IMG/VR virus record: IMGVR_UViG_3300017747_004582
Coordinates: 1 to 44,252 of that record
DNA length: 44,252 nt
Reading direction: 5' to 3' (one strand)
From: a virus
Lineage: Duplodnaviria; Caudoviricetes
Under the pieces are notes generated by a model. It saw only the letters and a list, made by a program, of their open reading frames with translations. It made no database searches and was not told the origin of the DNA. Below, piece by piece: positions 24,844 to 33,600 of this stretch; positions within the stretch are counted from its first letter, which is position 1; each line of letters begins with the position of its first letter. Made by a program: the position numbers and the translations under genes.

Positions 24844-25716
24844 TCAGGTTTTCGATGTTGCGTTGTTCCTTGACCACTCTACCCACGCTGCGACCTTCCG
24901 GTCGCCGACCTTGCTCGGCAGCTCTCCGCGGCAGAAGACGCGGACGCTCTCGAGGGCATAGGGCCCGACGCCCGGCAGCTCCTCGAGTCGGACTATACCC
25001 CAGTCGGCCGAGAGGCTGCGGATGTTCTTCGCCCTGCGCTCGCCTAAGCCCAGCGGCTTCAGGTAGCGCTCCAGGTCCCCTCCCGCCTTGGCCATGGCCG
25101 ATGGCACGGGCCACCGGCTCAGGATCCTCATGACGATGCCCCTGGCGACCCTAGCGGAGCACAGGTTCAGGCAGACGCAGGCCACCAGGACGCGCCACTC
25201 GTCCAGCTCGTCGTGGAAGAGCCGGACCAGGTCGCGCTGGATCATCGGCGGCTCCCCGTCGAACCTGACGGCCAGGCGCCCGGCCCTGACCCACATGTCG
25301 AGCCCCTCGCCCTCGCCGTAGGGTTCGAGGTACACGACCTCGCGGCAGCTCGTGTTGAGCAGAAGCTTCGCGCACGACGGGCAGGGGAACGCGGTGACGT
25401 AGGCTCGGGCGATCGCGTAGGCATCGCTGCACTGCAGGATCGCGTTCTGTTCGGCGTGGACTGCCAAGCAGGCGTCGAGCTGCGTGCCGGAGGGCGCATC
25501 CGCCCCGGCGCAGGCGTGTGGGAACGTCACGACGCTTCGCGGAACCTCGATGTCGTTGCAGTGAGGCGCACCTGCCGGCACGCCGTTGTAGCCGGTGGCC
25601 AGCACGTGGTTCCTGGCGTCGACCAGGACGCACCCTACGTGCCGCCGGACGCAGGTCGATCGCGACGCCACGAGGCGAGCCATGTCGACGAAGTAGCGGT
25701 CGAGGTCAGGACGCAC
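24844..25716 (-). CDS. dCMP deaminase fused to an MBD4-like HhH-GPD DNA glycosylase
   Basis: RSTC.RRHVG, TGYNG, HAEQNA, PCPSC; then [43 protein letters not shown]. Confidence 0.85.
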   Translation of the reverse strand: MRPDLDRYFVDMARLVASRSTCVRRHVGCVLVDARNHVLATGYNGVPAGAPHCNDIEVPRSVVTFPHACAGADAPSGTQLDACLAVHAEQNAILQCSDAYAIARAYVTAFPCPSCAKLLLNTSCREVVYLEPYGEGEGLDMWVRAGRLAVRFDGEPPMIQRDLVRLFHDELDEWRVLVACVCLNLCSARVARGIVMRILSRWPVPSAMAKAGGDLERYLKPLGLGERRAKNIRSLSADWGIVRLEELPGVGPYALESVRVFCRGELPSKVGDRKVAAWVEWSRNNATSKT

Positions 25717-25894
25717 GGTGCCCCCTCGCCTTCTCGAGGCGCTTGCGCTCTGCGATCTCCTGTCGATCGACCGCTGTGTCCCTGGGGGCGACGACGCCGA
25801 TGCGAACCTGGTTTCCCTTCACGCCGAGCACGGTCACCGTGACGTCGTCGCCGATGTTGATGGTCTCTCCCACCCGTCTTGTAAGTATCAGCAT
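25706..25894 (-). CDS. csrA: Carbon storage regulator CsrA/RsmA homolog
   Basis: [36 protein letters not shown]....V.RQEI. Confidence 0.95.
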   Translation of the reverse strand: MLILTRRVGETINIGDDVTVTVLGVKGNQVRIGVVAPRDTAVDRQEIAERKRLEKARGHRAS

Positions 25895-26052
25895 TGTCGA
25901 TCTCCTCGATCTAGGTTGAACTTCGCATCGATCGCGATGATGCGACTCGGGTACGCGTGCCCTGGCACGTCGTGCCACTTGAACCAGCGACGCCGCTGGA
26001 TGACGTGCCGCAGTCGTCGGTCGACGACCTTCTCGATGATTCGAGTCTTCAC
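25888..26052 (-). CDS. Small basic hypothetical protein
   Basis: GTG start with RBS AAGGAGG; overlaps the csrA start. Confidence 0.5.
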   Translation of the reverse strand: MKTRIIEKVVDRRLRHVIQRRRWFKWHDVPGHAYPSRIIAIDAKFNLDRGDRQC

Positions 26053-26066
26053 GGGTCCCTCCTTGT

Positions 26067-26903
26067 TCATGGGACGATCGACCAGAGCGCCAGGTAATCG
26101 GTCGGAGTGCCGACAGACGTGTTGCCTTCCGTCAGCGTGTAGAGCTTTCCGGTCGAATCGAACGCCAGATCCTCCGGATAGTTCGACGGCGCGAGCGATG
26201 TCGAGATGACGTAGTTCGTCCACGTGTCGGCGTGAAGGCTCGAGGCGATGAATGCCGGCAGGTCAACTTCCTGCATCGTCCCGACGCTCGATCCGCTCGT
26301 GAGCCGGTTGCTGATCACGTAGAGAACGCCGTTGCGGTACGCAATGCCTTGCAGGCGCTGCGTGATCGTCAGCTTTCGCAGGCTATGTTCGCCGATGACG
26401 TACATCAGCGGCGCGCCCGTCGTCCTGTATTCCGCCAACAGGAGCAGCTCCTCGCCGTTGAGCGCGACCCACTCGATGCCTGACAGGACCCCGGCCGGCA
26501 TGACGTGCCGCACCTCGAGGATGTCGGCCGTGTTGCTCGCGAGGCTGTTCGCGACGTCGACTCGGATGATGTCACCCGTCGCGTAGTCGGCGAACCAGAC
26601 GTCGCCGTTCGATCGTTCGGAGACGCTCGCGATGTGGACGTACGGCGACGGGAAGTCGAACCAGCCGACAACGCTAGTACCGGTCGCGGGAACGACGTAC
26701 GCCCTGCTGAACTGGTCCTGGAAGTGTGCCGTGATCAACAAGTCGCCGGACAGCATGACGTGCACGGCCTGCGGGCGAGCCGCGTAACCGCCGACGGTCA
26801 GCTCCGGCGTCTCTCGCATCCAGTCCCACCCGTTGCGGGGACCTGGGTTGGCGAGCGCCGACGTGGCCAGCAGGGCAAGCGCGATAGCTACGATCTTCTT
26901 CAT
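26067..26903 (-). CDS. Secreted beta-propeller-like protein
   Basis: Signal peptide [18 protein letters not shown]; blade-like motifs [23 protein letters not shown]. Confidence 0.65.
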   Translation of the reverse strand: MKKIVAIALALLATSALANPGPRNGWDWMRETPELTVGGYAARPQAVHVMLSGDLLITAHFQDQFSRAYVVPATGTSVVGWFDFPSPYVHIASVSERSNGDVWFADYATGDIIRVDVANSLASNTADILEVRHVMPAGVLSGIEWVALNGEELLLLAEYRTTGAPLMYVIGEHSLRKLTITQRLQGIAYRNGVLYVISNRLTSGSSVGTMQEVDLPAFIASSLHADTWTNYVISTSLAPSNYPEDLAFDSTGKLYTLTEGNTSVGTPTDYLALWSIVP

Positions 26904-26932
26904 GTTCGATACTCCTTCGTTTGTGGATCTCA

Positions 26933-27607
26933 TCACTTGTGCTCGAGGTAACGCCGATCGGATCCGACCGGCCGATTGATGTCGAATGACCTGCCTCGCT
27001 CGGCGCCGTCCCCGTGGACGCTCGCGTACAGCGACTTCGATCCGGTGGTCGAGTCGGACAACCCGGCCGGGCCGTAGTGCTCGAGCTTCTTACGTTCGAT
27101 GCGCGCCACGATCTCGGGATCCGGGCTCAGGGCCACGACCTTGTCAGTGACTGCCTGGCACCAACCCAGGACGAAGCTAGCTCGAGCGTTGCGTACGCCC
27201 TTCATGTGCGGGTTCTCCTTGAGGTACTTGCGCCACGCGCCGTTCGCTGCGCGGTAGACGACCGTGTGCGAGTACGTCGCCAACACGACCGCCGGCTGCG
27301 TGCCGAAGTACCGGACGCGGTGCTTGCGCGATGGTGAGCACTCCCACACTGCCTCGACGCCGAACGCCTGGCGCATCAGCTTCGAGACGGCGACGATGAC
27401 GACCGGCTTGCGCTTCGCGTACTCGTAGTCGTCGTGGTCGACGAAATCGCTGATGACGGCCGACTCGTCGACGTCCTCTTCGCTGATGCCGTGGGAGGCC
27501 ATGAGCTTCTGCGCCTGGCGCATCGCAGCGGCGGCCTCGTGCTCGTTCGGGCTCTTCGACAGAGCCATGCACTTCTTGATTCGGGCTATCGCCTTCTCGC
27601 GGTCCAT
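26933..27607 (-). CDS. DUF2786-family protein
   Basis: IARIKKCMALSKSPNEHEAAAAMRQAQKLM..HGI; SFVLGW. Confidence 0.85.
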   Translation of the reverse strand: MDREKAIARIKKCMALSKSPNEHEAAAAMRQAQKLMASHGISEEDVDESAVISDFVDHDDYEYAKRKPVVIVAVSKLMRQAFGVEAVWECSPSRKHRVRYFGTQPAVVLATYSHTVVYRAANGAWRKYLKENPHMKGVRNARASFVLGWCQAVTDKVVALSPDPEIVARIERKKLEHYGPAGLSDSTTGSKSLYASVHGDGAERGRSFDINRPVGSDRRYLEHK

Positions 27608-27612
27608 GGCGA

Positions 27613-27813
27613 TCACTCCGCCTGACGACGCAGAAGGGCTGGCAGCTCTTCGTTGCGGACGCCTGGGATCGTCTCGCCGAGCTTGTGCCGGCGGTACATC
27701 GTCAGGGCGTGCAGCCACATGTCGCTGGCCGCTTCGTTGATACCGTTCGCCTTGACCTCGGCCGTCATGTTGGCCAGCGTCTGGGCGATCTGTCTCGATG
27801 TTGCGTCTCTCAC
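27613..27813 (-). CDS. Hypothetical early protein
   Basis: GTG start with RBS AGGAG after a conserved leader. Confidence 0.55.
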   Translation of the reverse strand: MRDATSRQIAQTLANMTAEVKANGINEAASDMWLHALTMYRRHKLGETIPGVRNEELPALLRRQAE

Positions 27814-27867
27814 GTTGCGTCTCCTGATACCCTTCAGGCCGGAACCATTCCAACCTGCATGTCGTTC

Positions 27868-27895
27868 ATCCTACCGAACCCTTCGGCGTTGTACC
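27868..27895 (-). promoter_or_regulatory. Early promoter candidate
   Basis: GGTACA-N16-TAGGAT with TCGG before the -10. Confidence 0.45.
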
Positions 27896-27959
27896 GGAAG
27901 TGCTCGACACTTTTCATCGAAGTCCCAGGGCCACGGGCGCCCTGGGTCCCGTTCGTCGA

Positions 27960-28277
27960 TCAGCCCTCTTCCGTGCTGATGATGTTCTCGCCTGCCAGGT
28001 CGGCGAGCGTCACGATCTCCGGCTGCTTTGTCAATCGGCCGAGCCATTCCCACACGCTCTCGTCGCGCAGGTCGTACTCGGTATCCTTGAGGTCGTACGA
28101 CGTCGTCCGCCGCACGATCAGGCTCGCGGTCTTCTTCACCAAGAGGCCGTGCCGGCTGCCGCCGAAGCCGGGGAACACCTCACCCGGGTTGAGCAGGTGG
28201 ATTTCGTACTTCGCCTCGTCGCTCGTGCCCGCGTAGAGCTTGAACTCGAGGACCTTCGTTCGCTTCATGTTCGCCAT
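27960..28277 (-). CDS. Hypothetical early protein (105 aa)
   Basis: RBS AAGGAG after a conserved leader. Confidence 0.6.
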   Translation of the reverse strand: MANMKRTKVLEFKLYAGTSDEAKYEIHLLNPGEVFPGFGGSRHGLLVKKTASLIVRRTTSYDLKDTEYDLRDESVWEWLGRLTKQPEIVTLADLAGENIISTEEG

Positions 28278-28333
28278 CGATGTCGTCTCCTTGATACCCT
28301 TCGGGCCAGAACCATTCCGACCCCACATGAAAG

Positions 28334-28390
28334 ATACTACCGAAGCCCTCGATGCTTGTACAACAGTTTGTGTAAAACTGTAGACTGGTC
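28334..28390 (-). promoter_or_regulatory. Early promoter with upstream 19-bp box
   Basis: TGTACA-N17-TAGTAT; box GTAAAACTGTAGACTGGTC at 28372-28390. Confidence 0.55.
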
Positions 28391-28413
28391 GGCGGTTTGC
28401 TGTCCCGCCGACC
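28387..28413 (-). terminator. Hairpin after the DUF932-like gene
   Basis: GGTCGGCGG-N9-CCGCCGACC. Confidence 0.45.
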
Positions 28414-28425
28414 GTTCTACCAGGA

Positions 28426-29526
28426 TCAGGCTGCCTCGGCGATGGCCCTCCATTCGTGCTTCGGCAACTCGATCACCTTCGCTCCGACTCGCTCCAGGTC
28501 GGTCGCCCGGTCGTAGTCGTCGACCTCCTGGCTGAAGCGCGTGATGGCGGAGTGGACGCCGTAACGCGACAGATCGCCGTCCTCGATCAGCATCTGCAGG
28601 ACACCCTTGCGCTCGCCGTCGGCCAGGCCCAGCTTCTTGCCGACCCGCTCGATGACTTCGACGACGTCGGCCTTCTTGGGCAGCTTGTCGGTCGCCGCCT
28701 CCTGAAGCTTCTCGGTCAGGGCGCCGAACTTCGTCTCGTCGAACGCCGCCGCCACGAGGTCCCGCGTCTGCGACCACACGGCCGCGTCGGTGAGGCGCTT
28801 CGTCTTGTCGGTCAGGAGGGCGTAGACGTCGTCGCTCAGTTCCGCCCTGGCGCCCGTGTGGAACTTCCTCATGGAAGCTCCGAACAGCGCCAGGTTGGTG
28901 CAGGCCCGGGTGTAGACGCCCGTCTCGATCAGCAAGGATCCACGGCCGACCTCGCTGTTCGAGATCGTGATGGCCGGGGAGACCGTGTCGAAGATGCAGT
29001 GCGAGCCGTCGCCCATCCGCTTGCCCGTCGGCACGTCCTTCTCGATGCGTCTGTCGACGGCCTTGATGTAGAGCCGCTGGTCGGTGACCTGGCAGCTCAT
29101 GATCAACAGGTCGCGTTCGAGCAGCACCGGCAGGATCGCTTCGGCCAGGTCTTCGTTCTCGAGGGCACGGAACTTGTCAGAGAGGACCGCGCGAACGTTG
29201 CCGTCGAGGCAGCGAACCATGCGGCGCTCGTCGGCCTTGTCGGTCAGCCAGCGATTGACGTTGTGGGCGAGCAGCTCGGGATCGTTGTCGAGCATCCGAC
29301 GGTAGTAGGCCATCGGGATGCCGGCGTAGTCGGCGAACTGTTCATGGGCGATGCGATTGATGCCGAACGCCTGGGGCTTGCCCTGGGTCTGCATCCGCAC
29401 GATCGGCTTGTTGTCACGGCCGACCGCTACTTCGAGCTTCGACACCGGTGCCACGAAGTCCGCCTTCGCAGCTGAGCGGCGCTCGAGCTCTTTCGCCAGT
29501 TCGGTCAGTGAGAGTCCAGTCTTCAT
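28426..29526 (-). CDS. DUF932-like early protein
   Basis: RAVLSDKF, ISNSEVGRGSL, RACTNL, SAITR.SQ....YDRA..LER; RBS AAGGAG. Confidence 0.75.
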   Translation of the reverse strand: MKTGLSLTELAKELERRSAAKADFVAPVSKLEVAVGRDNKPIVRMQTQGKPQAFGINRIAHEQFADYAGIPMAYYRRMLDNDPELLAHNVNRWLTDKADERRMVRCLDGNVRAVLSDKFRALENEDLAEAILPVLLERDLLIMSCQVTDQRLYIKAVDRRIEKDVPTGKRMGDGSHCIFDTVSPAITISNSEVGRGSLLIETGVYTRACTNLALFGASMRKFHTGARAELSDDVYALLTDKTKRLTDAAVWSQTRDLVAAAFDETKFGALTEKLQEAATDKLPKKADVVEVIERVGKKLGLADGERKGVLQMLIEDGDLSRYGVHSAITRFSQEVDDYDRATDLERVGAKVIELPKHEWRAIAEAA

Positions 29527-29608
29527 GTCGTACTCCTTCAGAGTGTTGATGTGGAGCGGGATGCTCCGCGGAGGGGTCCCCTGGGGCAGGACCCCTCGAC
29601 GTAGCACC

Positions 29609-29758
29609 TCACTTCGTCGCCGCGATCCAGTTCACATAGCCGACGGTGGGGTTGCCGCCGATCGCCTTGCGGACGCGCTCGACGATCTTCTCAGCCGACA
29701 CCTTCTTGGCCAGGAGGCTGCGGATCATCGCGGCCTGGGACTTGCTCTTCGTGCTCAT
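29609..29758 (-). CDS. 49-aa basic protein paralogous to the core of the H1-like protein
   Basis: RBS GAGGAG; KIVERVRK...PTVGYVNWIA. Confidence 0.65.
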   Translation of the reverse strand: MSTKSKSQAAMIRSLLAKKVSAEKIVERVRKAIGGNPTVGYVNWIAATK

Positions 29759-29804
29759 CTTCATCTCCTCAGTTGAGGCCGGACCAGTTCCGACCATGTT
29801 GGCT

Positions 29805-29858
29805 AATGTACCGAGCCTCAATGAGGATGTAAACAGGTAAAACTGTAGACTGGTCTAC
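29805..29858 (-). promoter_or_regulatory. Strong early sigma70-like promoter with upstream box
   Basis: TTTACA-N17-TACATT; box at 29837-29855 identical to 28372-28390; palindrome GTAGAC-TG-GTCTAC. Confidence 0.65.
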
Positions 29859-29866
29859 GGAATTGA

Positions 29867-30211
29867 CTATAGCCTCTGCGGAAAGCCCTCCTTCTCGCTC
29901 GTCATATTAAAAGCGTAGCGCACGCACTCTTCCATCGTGAGCCCCTCGCGCTGCGCCATCAGGTCGAGGTAGAGATAGGTGTCGCCGATCTCCTTCTTCA
30001 GCTTTTCGACGAGCTCGTCGCGCGTCATCTTATTTGAACCCTTCAGCCCGGTGTCGACGCGCTTGATCTTCTTCGCTACGTTCGCGGCTTCCCCGGCTTC
30101 GCCGCACATCGCGCCAGCCCATTCGAGCGCGCTCCACTCCGCCAACCCACCGGGATGCCACACGAGGCAGCGATCGACGTTTATCGCAGCGACCTGTTCG
30201 AATGTTTTCAT
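29867..30211 (-). CDS. MazG-like NTP pyrophosphohydrolase
   Basis: GEAGEAANVAKK...KEIGD. Confidence 0.85.
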   Translation of the reverse strand: MKTFEQVAAINVDRCLVWHPGGLAEWSALEWAGAMCGEAGEAANVAKKIKRVDTGLKGSNKMTRDELVEKLKKEIGDTYLYLDLMAQREGLTMEECVRYAFNMTSEKEGFPQRL

Positions 30212-31026
30212 CGCTCCTCCGTCATCATGTGTTTTCGCGGGTCGACTCCGTCGGGATGACGCGCGCGCTCGATCAGGTAGTCGAGGAACGCGTCGGGCGA
30301 CGAGTGCCTTTCGAGATCGAACGCTACGCACGGTATGTTGCGCTTGTCGTCGACGAACTCGATCGCGCTCTCCCACTGCGGCTCGTAGACGTGTTGTGAC
30401 CCGACGAGCAGGGTGTGTGTCCCCAGCTCAAGATCCTTGCGCCCTTTCGCAGCGCGAGTTCGAAGCATCAGGATGATGTAGGCCGTGAGCATCGCTGCGT
30501 TGAACGCGTCGTAAGGGTAGCCTAGCCACACGTCGCTCGATCGCATCGACTGGATGCAGTGCAGCTTCCCGCCTCGAGCGATGAACTGATACGACAGCGT
30601 GCACGGGATGTCGCGACTCGGCCTCGGGTTCTGACGCCAGATGCTCATCACGGCCTGCCGGGTGTCGTGATCGTCGGACAGGACGTCGCACACGTAGCTG
30701 AGCTGCTCGGTGACCTGCGGACCGTAGGCGCCCTGGTAGTACTGACCGTCGTCGCTGAACTCCCAGATGAAGGGCATGTTCAGCTCCTTGAAGAAGCGCA
30801 GGTCGTTCCGGCCGGCGATGATCCACGCAGCCTCGGCTGGGTAGAAGCGGTAGCCGATCTTCCGGCTCGGTCGCGTCACAATGGGGCAGCGCATGTCGAA
30901 CGAGATCGACTGCCCGATCAGCTCGCGCACCGGTTTGCCTCGCGGCTCTGACCTGATGCCCAGGGTCATCACTCGATCGAGCGCGTGGGCGAGCGCGGTG
31001 TCGATGTCAGGGAACGCGATTGTCAT
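30208..31026 (-). CDS. Thymidylate-synthase-superfamily enzyme, probable dCMP hydroxymethylase
   Basis: DTRQAV, DIPCT, MRSSDVWLGYPYD (Asp at the position of TS Asn177, as in dCMP-specific enzymes), SQHVY. Confidence 0.85.
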   Translation of the reverse strand: MTIAFPDIDTALAHALDRVMTLGIRSEPRGKPVRELIGQSISFDMRCPIVTRPSRKIGYRFYPAEAAWIIAGRNDLRFFKELNMPFIWEFSDDGQYYQGAYGPQVTEQLSYVCDVLSDDHDTRQAVMSIWRQNPRPSRDIPCTLSYQFIARGGKLHCIQSMRSSDVWLGYPYDAFNAAMLTAYIILMLRTRAAKGRKDLELGTHTLLVGSQHVYEPQWESAIEFVDDKRNIPCVAFDLERHSSPDAFLDYLIERARHPDGVDPRKHMMTEER

Positions 31027-31541
31027 ACGAATCTCTCCTCTACCAGTTTCAGGATCTTCTCGGTCTCTCCGGGAACGCTGCGATCGAAGCGCACAACCGA
31101 AGTGCGCAGCGCCACCATCGCCATGACGGTGTCGTAGAACGCGATCATCGAGCGTGAGTCGCGATGCACGCGCTCGAGGTGGTCGTTCGTGTCCCACGCC
31201 TGTTGCCGATGCTCGTGCATCAGCGCATCGATCAGGAACTCCGGCGGCGGCTTGGCGTAGATCACCATGACGGTGGGCGGGATCTCGCGGATCGCGTCCA
31301 ACGCTCTCGCCGCCTTGGCCGGGAACTCGAGGTGCGAGTACACGCTCTCGCTGACGTGCGTGATGCGGTCCTGCACGACATGCTTCTGCATCCTCTGCCG
31401 GGAGCGATGCAGGCAGGCGACGACGTCGGCCTCGTCCGTGGTCGGGCCGCCGGTGTGAAGGACCGGCCAGCCGAGCAGGTCAGCGATTCGCTTCGCCAAC
31501 GTGCTCTTGCCGGACGCGTCGAACCCCTCGACGACGATCAT
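31023..31541 (-). CDS. P-loop nucleoside monophosphate kinase
   Basis: VEGFDASGKST, QDR..VSESVY. Confidence 0.85.
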   Translation of the reverse strand: MIVVEGFDASGKSTLAKRIADLLGWPVLHTGGPTTDEADVVACLHRSRQRMQKHVVQDRITHVSESVYSHLEFPAKAARALDAIREIPPTVMVIYAKPPPEFLIDALMHEHRQQAWDTNDHLERVHRDSRSMIAFYDTVMAMVALRTSVVRFDRSVPGETEKILKLVEERFV

Positions 31542-31948
31542 TGCTTCACCAGATCGGACAGGTCGGGCTTGGCCCAGCCTTCAGGTTTTACGATGTCCCA
31601 CGCGCTGTCGCGCTTCGACTCGAGTCGCGACGGCACGAGGACCTTTTTCATGTTAGCCTGATGCACTCGCCAAAACGCTTCCGTCAGAACCTGATCGACG
31701 CCCAGCTGAACGGCCGTACCGATGACGACGTAGAGCAGGTCCACGAGCGCGTCGAGTTGTTCGTCGAGCTCTCCCCGGTCGATCGCCAGCACCAGCTCGG
31801 TTGCCTCCTCGAGCGTCAGCTTCTTTCGGAGTGACGCGACGGAGGCCGGCAGTTCGCGAGGCGGTCCGGAGTAACCCTGGTTGAATGTGTCCTGAAAGTC
31901 GCTGACGGCAGCGATCATCAGGTCGAAGTCCCCTGGCTCTTTGCCCAT
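31538..31948 (-). CDS. All-alpha NTP pyrophosphatase (PRA-PH/dUTPase-like), possible dCTPase
   Basis: EEATEL, DALVDLLYV..G, VHQANMKK, KPEGW..PDL. Confidence 0.85.
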   Translation of the reverse strand: MGKEPGDFDLMIAAVSDFQDTFNQGYSGPPRELPASVASLRKKLTLEEATELVLAIDRGELDEQLDALVDLLYVVIGTAVQLGVDQVLTEAFWRVHQANMKKVLVPSRLESKRDSAWDIVKPEGWAKPDLSDLVKQ

Positions 31949-31950
31949 GA

Positions 31951-33600
31951 TTAGTTCCTCACGATGATGGTGACAGGTGGTTCGATCCCGAGCGTCTGCG
32001 CCCTGAAGACCTGCATGTCGTGGGTGCGACACGCATCGTCCTCGGTGAAGACGATCGGCTCGCCGTGATAGTTGTAGCTCGTGTTGACCAGGCACGACGC
32101 GTCGAGTCGGGTGAGCAGCGCATGCATGTCGTCTCCATCGTCGACGACCTGAGGCCTCGCCGTCCAGACCTCTCGATCGAGGGGATCGGGATGCGCGACG
32201 CCGCGCAGCTCTTCGATCGGCGGCTTCTCGAACGCGACGGTCGTGATCATGAACCTGTCGCTGGGCGAGATCTCGAGCAGTTCGCCGTGCCGGAACAACC
32301 GCAGCGCCTGGGCCCTCGTCACGACGGGCGCCATGGGCATCGCCTCGTCGCGCTCGTTGAGCTGATTGATCGCGTGGACGTTCTGCGCCGTGGGCCAGGC
32401 CAGGGTCGTCGTGTTGCACAGCGCCCTGGGCCCGTACTCCATCGCGCCCCGGACGACGTTGACGATCCTGCCGGCCTCCAGCTCCCGGGCGGCCGCTTCC
32501 ACCCAGCCGGTCAGGTCCTCGTAGCGGCACCCGACCGGCAAGGACTGCCTCCCTCCAAGCGCCCTGACGCCCCAGTTCAGGCCCTTGGCCACCAGGCCTG
32601 GTGTATGGCCCATGGCTGCGCCCTGATCGCCCGCCAAGGGATGAGAGAAGACCCTCCGGCCGGCTTGGACGCGCCTGTTGAGCTTGACGTTGTAGGCGCA
32701 CCCGCCGGTCATGACCAGCAGCCGGCCGGGCATCTTCGGCGCCAGCGTGTCGAGCAGGGTGACGACGCACTCCTCGAGGAACGTCTGCGCGCACCAGGCG
32801 ACCCAGCACTTGATCTTGTCGGGCGACGCATCGGCTGAGAAGCAGTAGCGCCATAGCGATGCGACGCCTGTCCATCGTGTCTTCGCCTCGGTCAACGCAG
32901 CCATGTCGATGAGCCCGTCGCTCGGTTCTGTTCCCGGAGTCATCGACTCGAGCATCTTCGCGGCGTGCTCTCGGGCTTGGTCGCGTATCATCTTGAACGC
33001 GATGTCGACGTGGCTTCTAGGAACGTGTTCGAGGACGTGGCTCTCGTAGCCCAGTAGCTTGTACTCGTCGCGGTTCGGCCTCATGCCCAGGTATTCGGTG
33101 ACGTACTGGTACATCAACCCGAGGCTCATCGCGTAGCCGTGCGTCCTGTGGACCAGTCGCGGTCGCTCGTTGCGCCGTGCCCTGTAGACGCTGAAGCATT
33201 CCTGCCTGTTGCCGAACCCGTCGATCACGACGATGTCCGCCTCGTCGTATCTGTGCCCGCCGTTGGCATCGTAGAACGAGATCGCCGACTGGGCGTGCGC
33301 ATCGTGGTGGGTGAACTCCGGCGAGAGCATCTCGATGCGCATCGCCTTTGTTGTCAGGTGCGCGAGGTCAAGGTACTTGCAGTCGCGGAGCTCGAATCGA
33401 TCGAACCAGTGGCTCACATACGCGACGTCGGCCGAGTCGTCAGCAGGCAGGCACAACTCGATCGCGTCCTTCGGGTAAGCGCTGCTGCTCTTCTTCCTGT
33501 CTATGCGCTCCTGCTCGTAGCCTCGCACGACCTTCGTGCCGTAAGCCAACACGGCGCTCGAGTTGTGTCCGAGTGAAATATACAATGCCTGCTCTGTCAT
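31951..33600 (-). CDS. NodU/CmcH-family O-carbamoyltransferase
   Basis: GHNSSA, EQER..RKK, HHDAHA, DGFG, EYKLLG, GGCAYN.KLN, GDQG, EYGPRAL, NTSYNYHGEPIV. Confidence 0.92.
   Translation of the reverse strand: MTEQALYISLGHNSSAVLAYGTKVVRGYEQERIDRKKSSSAYPKDAIELCLPADDSADVAYVSHWFDRFELRDCKYLDLAHLTTKAMRIEMLSPEFTHHDAHAQSAISFYDANGGHRYDEADIVVIDGFGNRQECFSVYRARRNERPRLVHRTHGYAMSLGLMYQYVTEYLGMRPNRDEYKLLGYESHVLEHVPRSHVDIAFKMIRDQAREHAAKMLESMTPGTEPSDGLIDMAALTEAKTRWTGVASLWRYCFSADASPDKIKCWVAWCAQTFLEECVVTLLDTLAPKMPGRLLVMTGGCAYNVKLNRRVQAGRRVFSHPLAGDQGAAMGHTPGLVAKGLNWGVRALGGRQSLPVGCRYEDLTGWVEAAARELEAGRIVNVVRGAMEYGPRALCNTTTLAWPTAQNVHAINQLNERDEAMPMAPVVTRAQALRLFRHGELLEISPSDRFMITTVAFEKPPIEELRGVAHPDPLDREVWTARPQVVDDGDDMHALLTRLDASCLVNTSYNYHGEPIVFTEDDACRTHDMQVFRAQTLGIEPPVTIIVRN

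Noticed and set aside
31538-32875. ORF-track upstream extensions (also 26933-27853, 15108, 11580, 20942, 30208-31197, 6189)
   Set aside because: The extensions overlap real genes; downstream starts with an RBS or coupled stop/start were used instead
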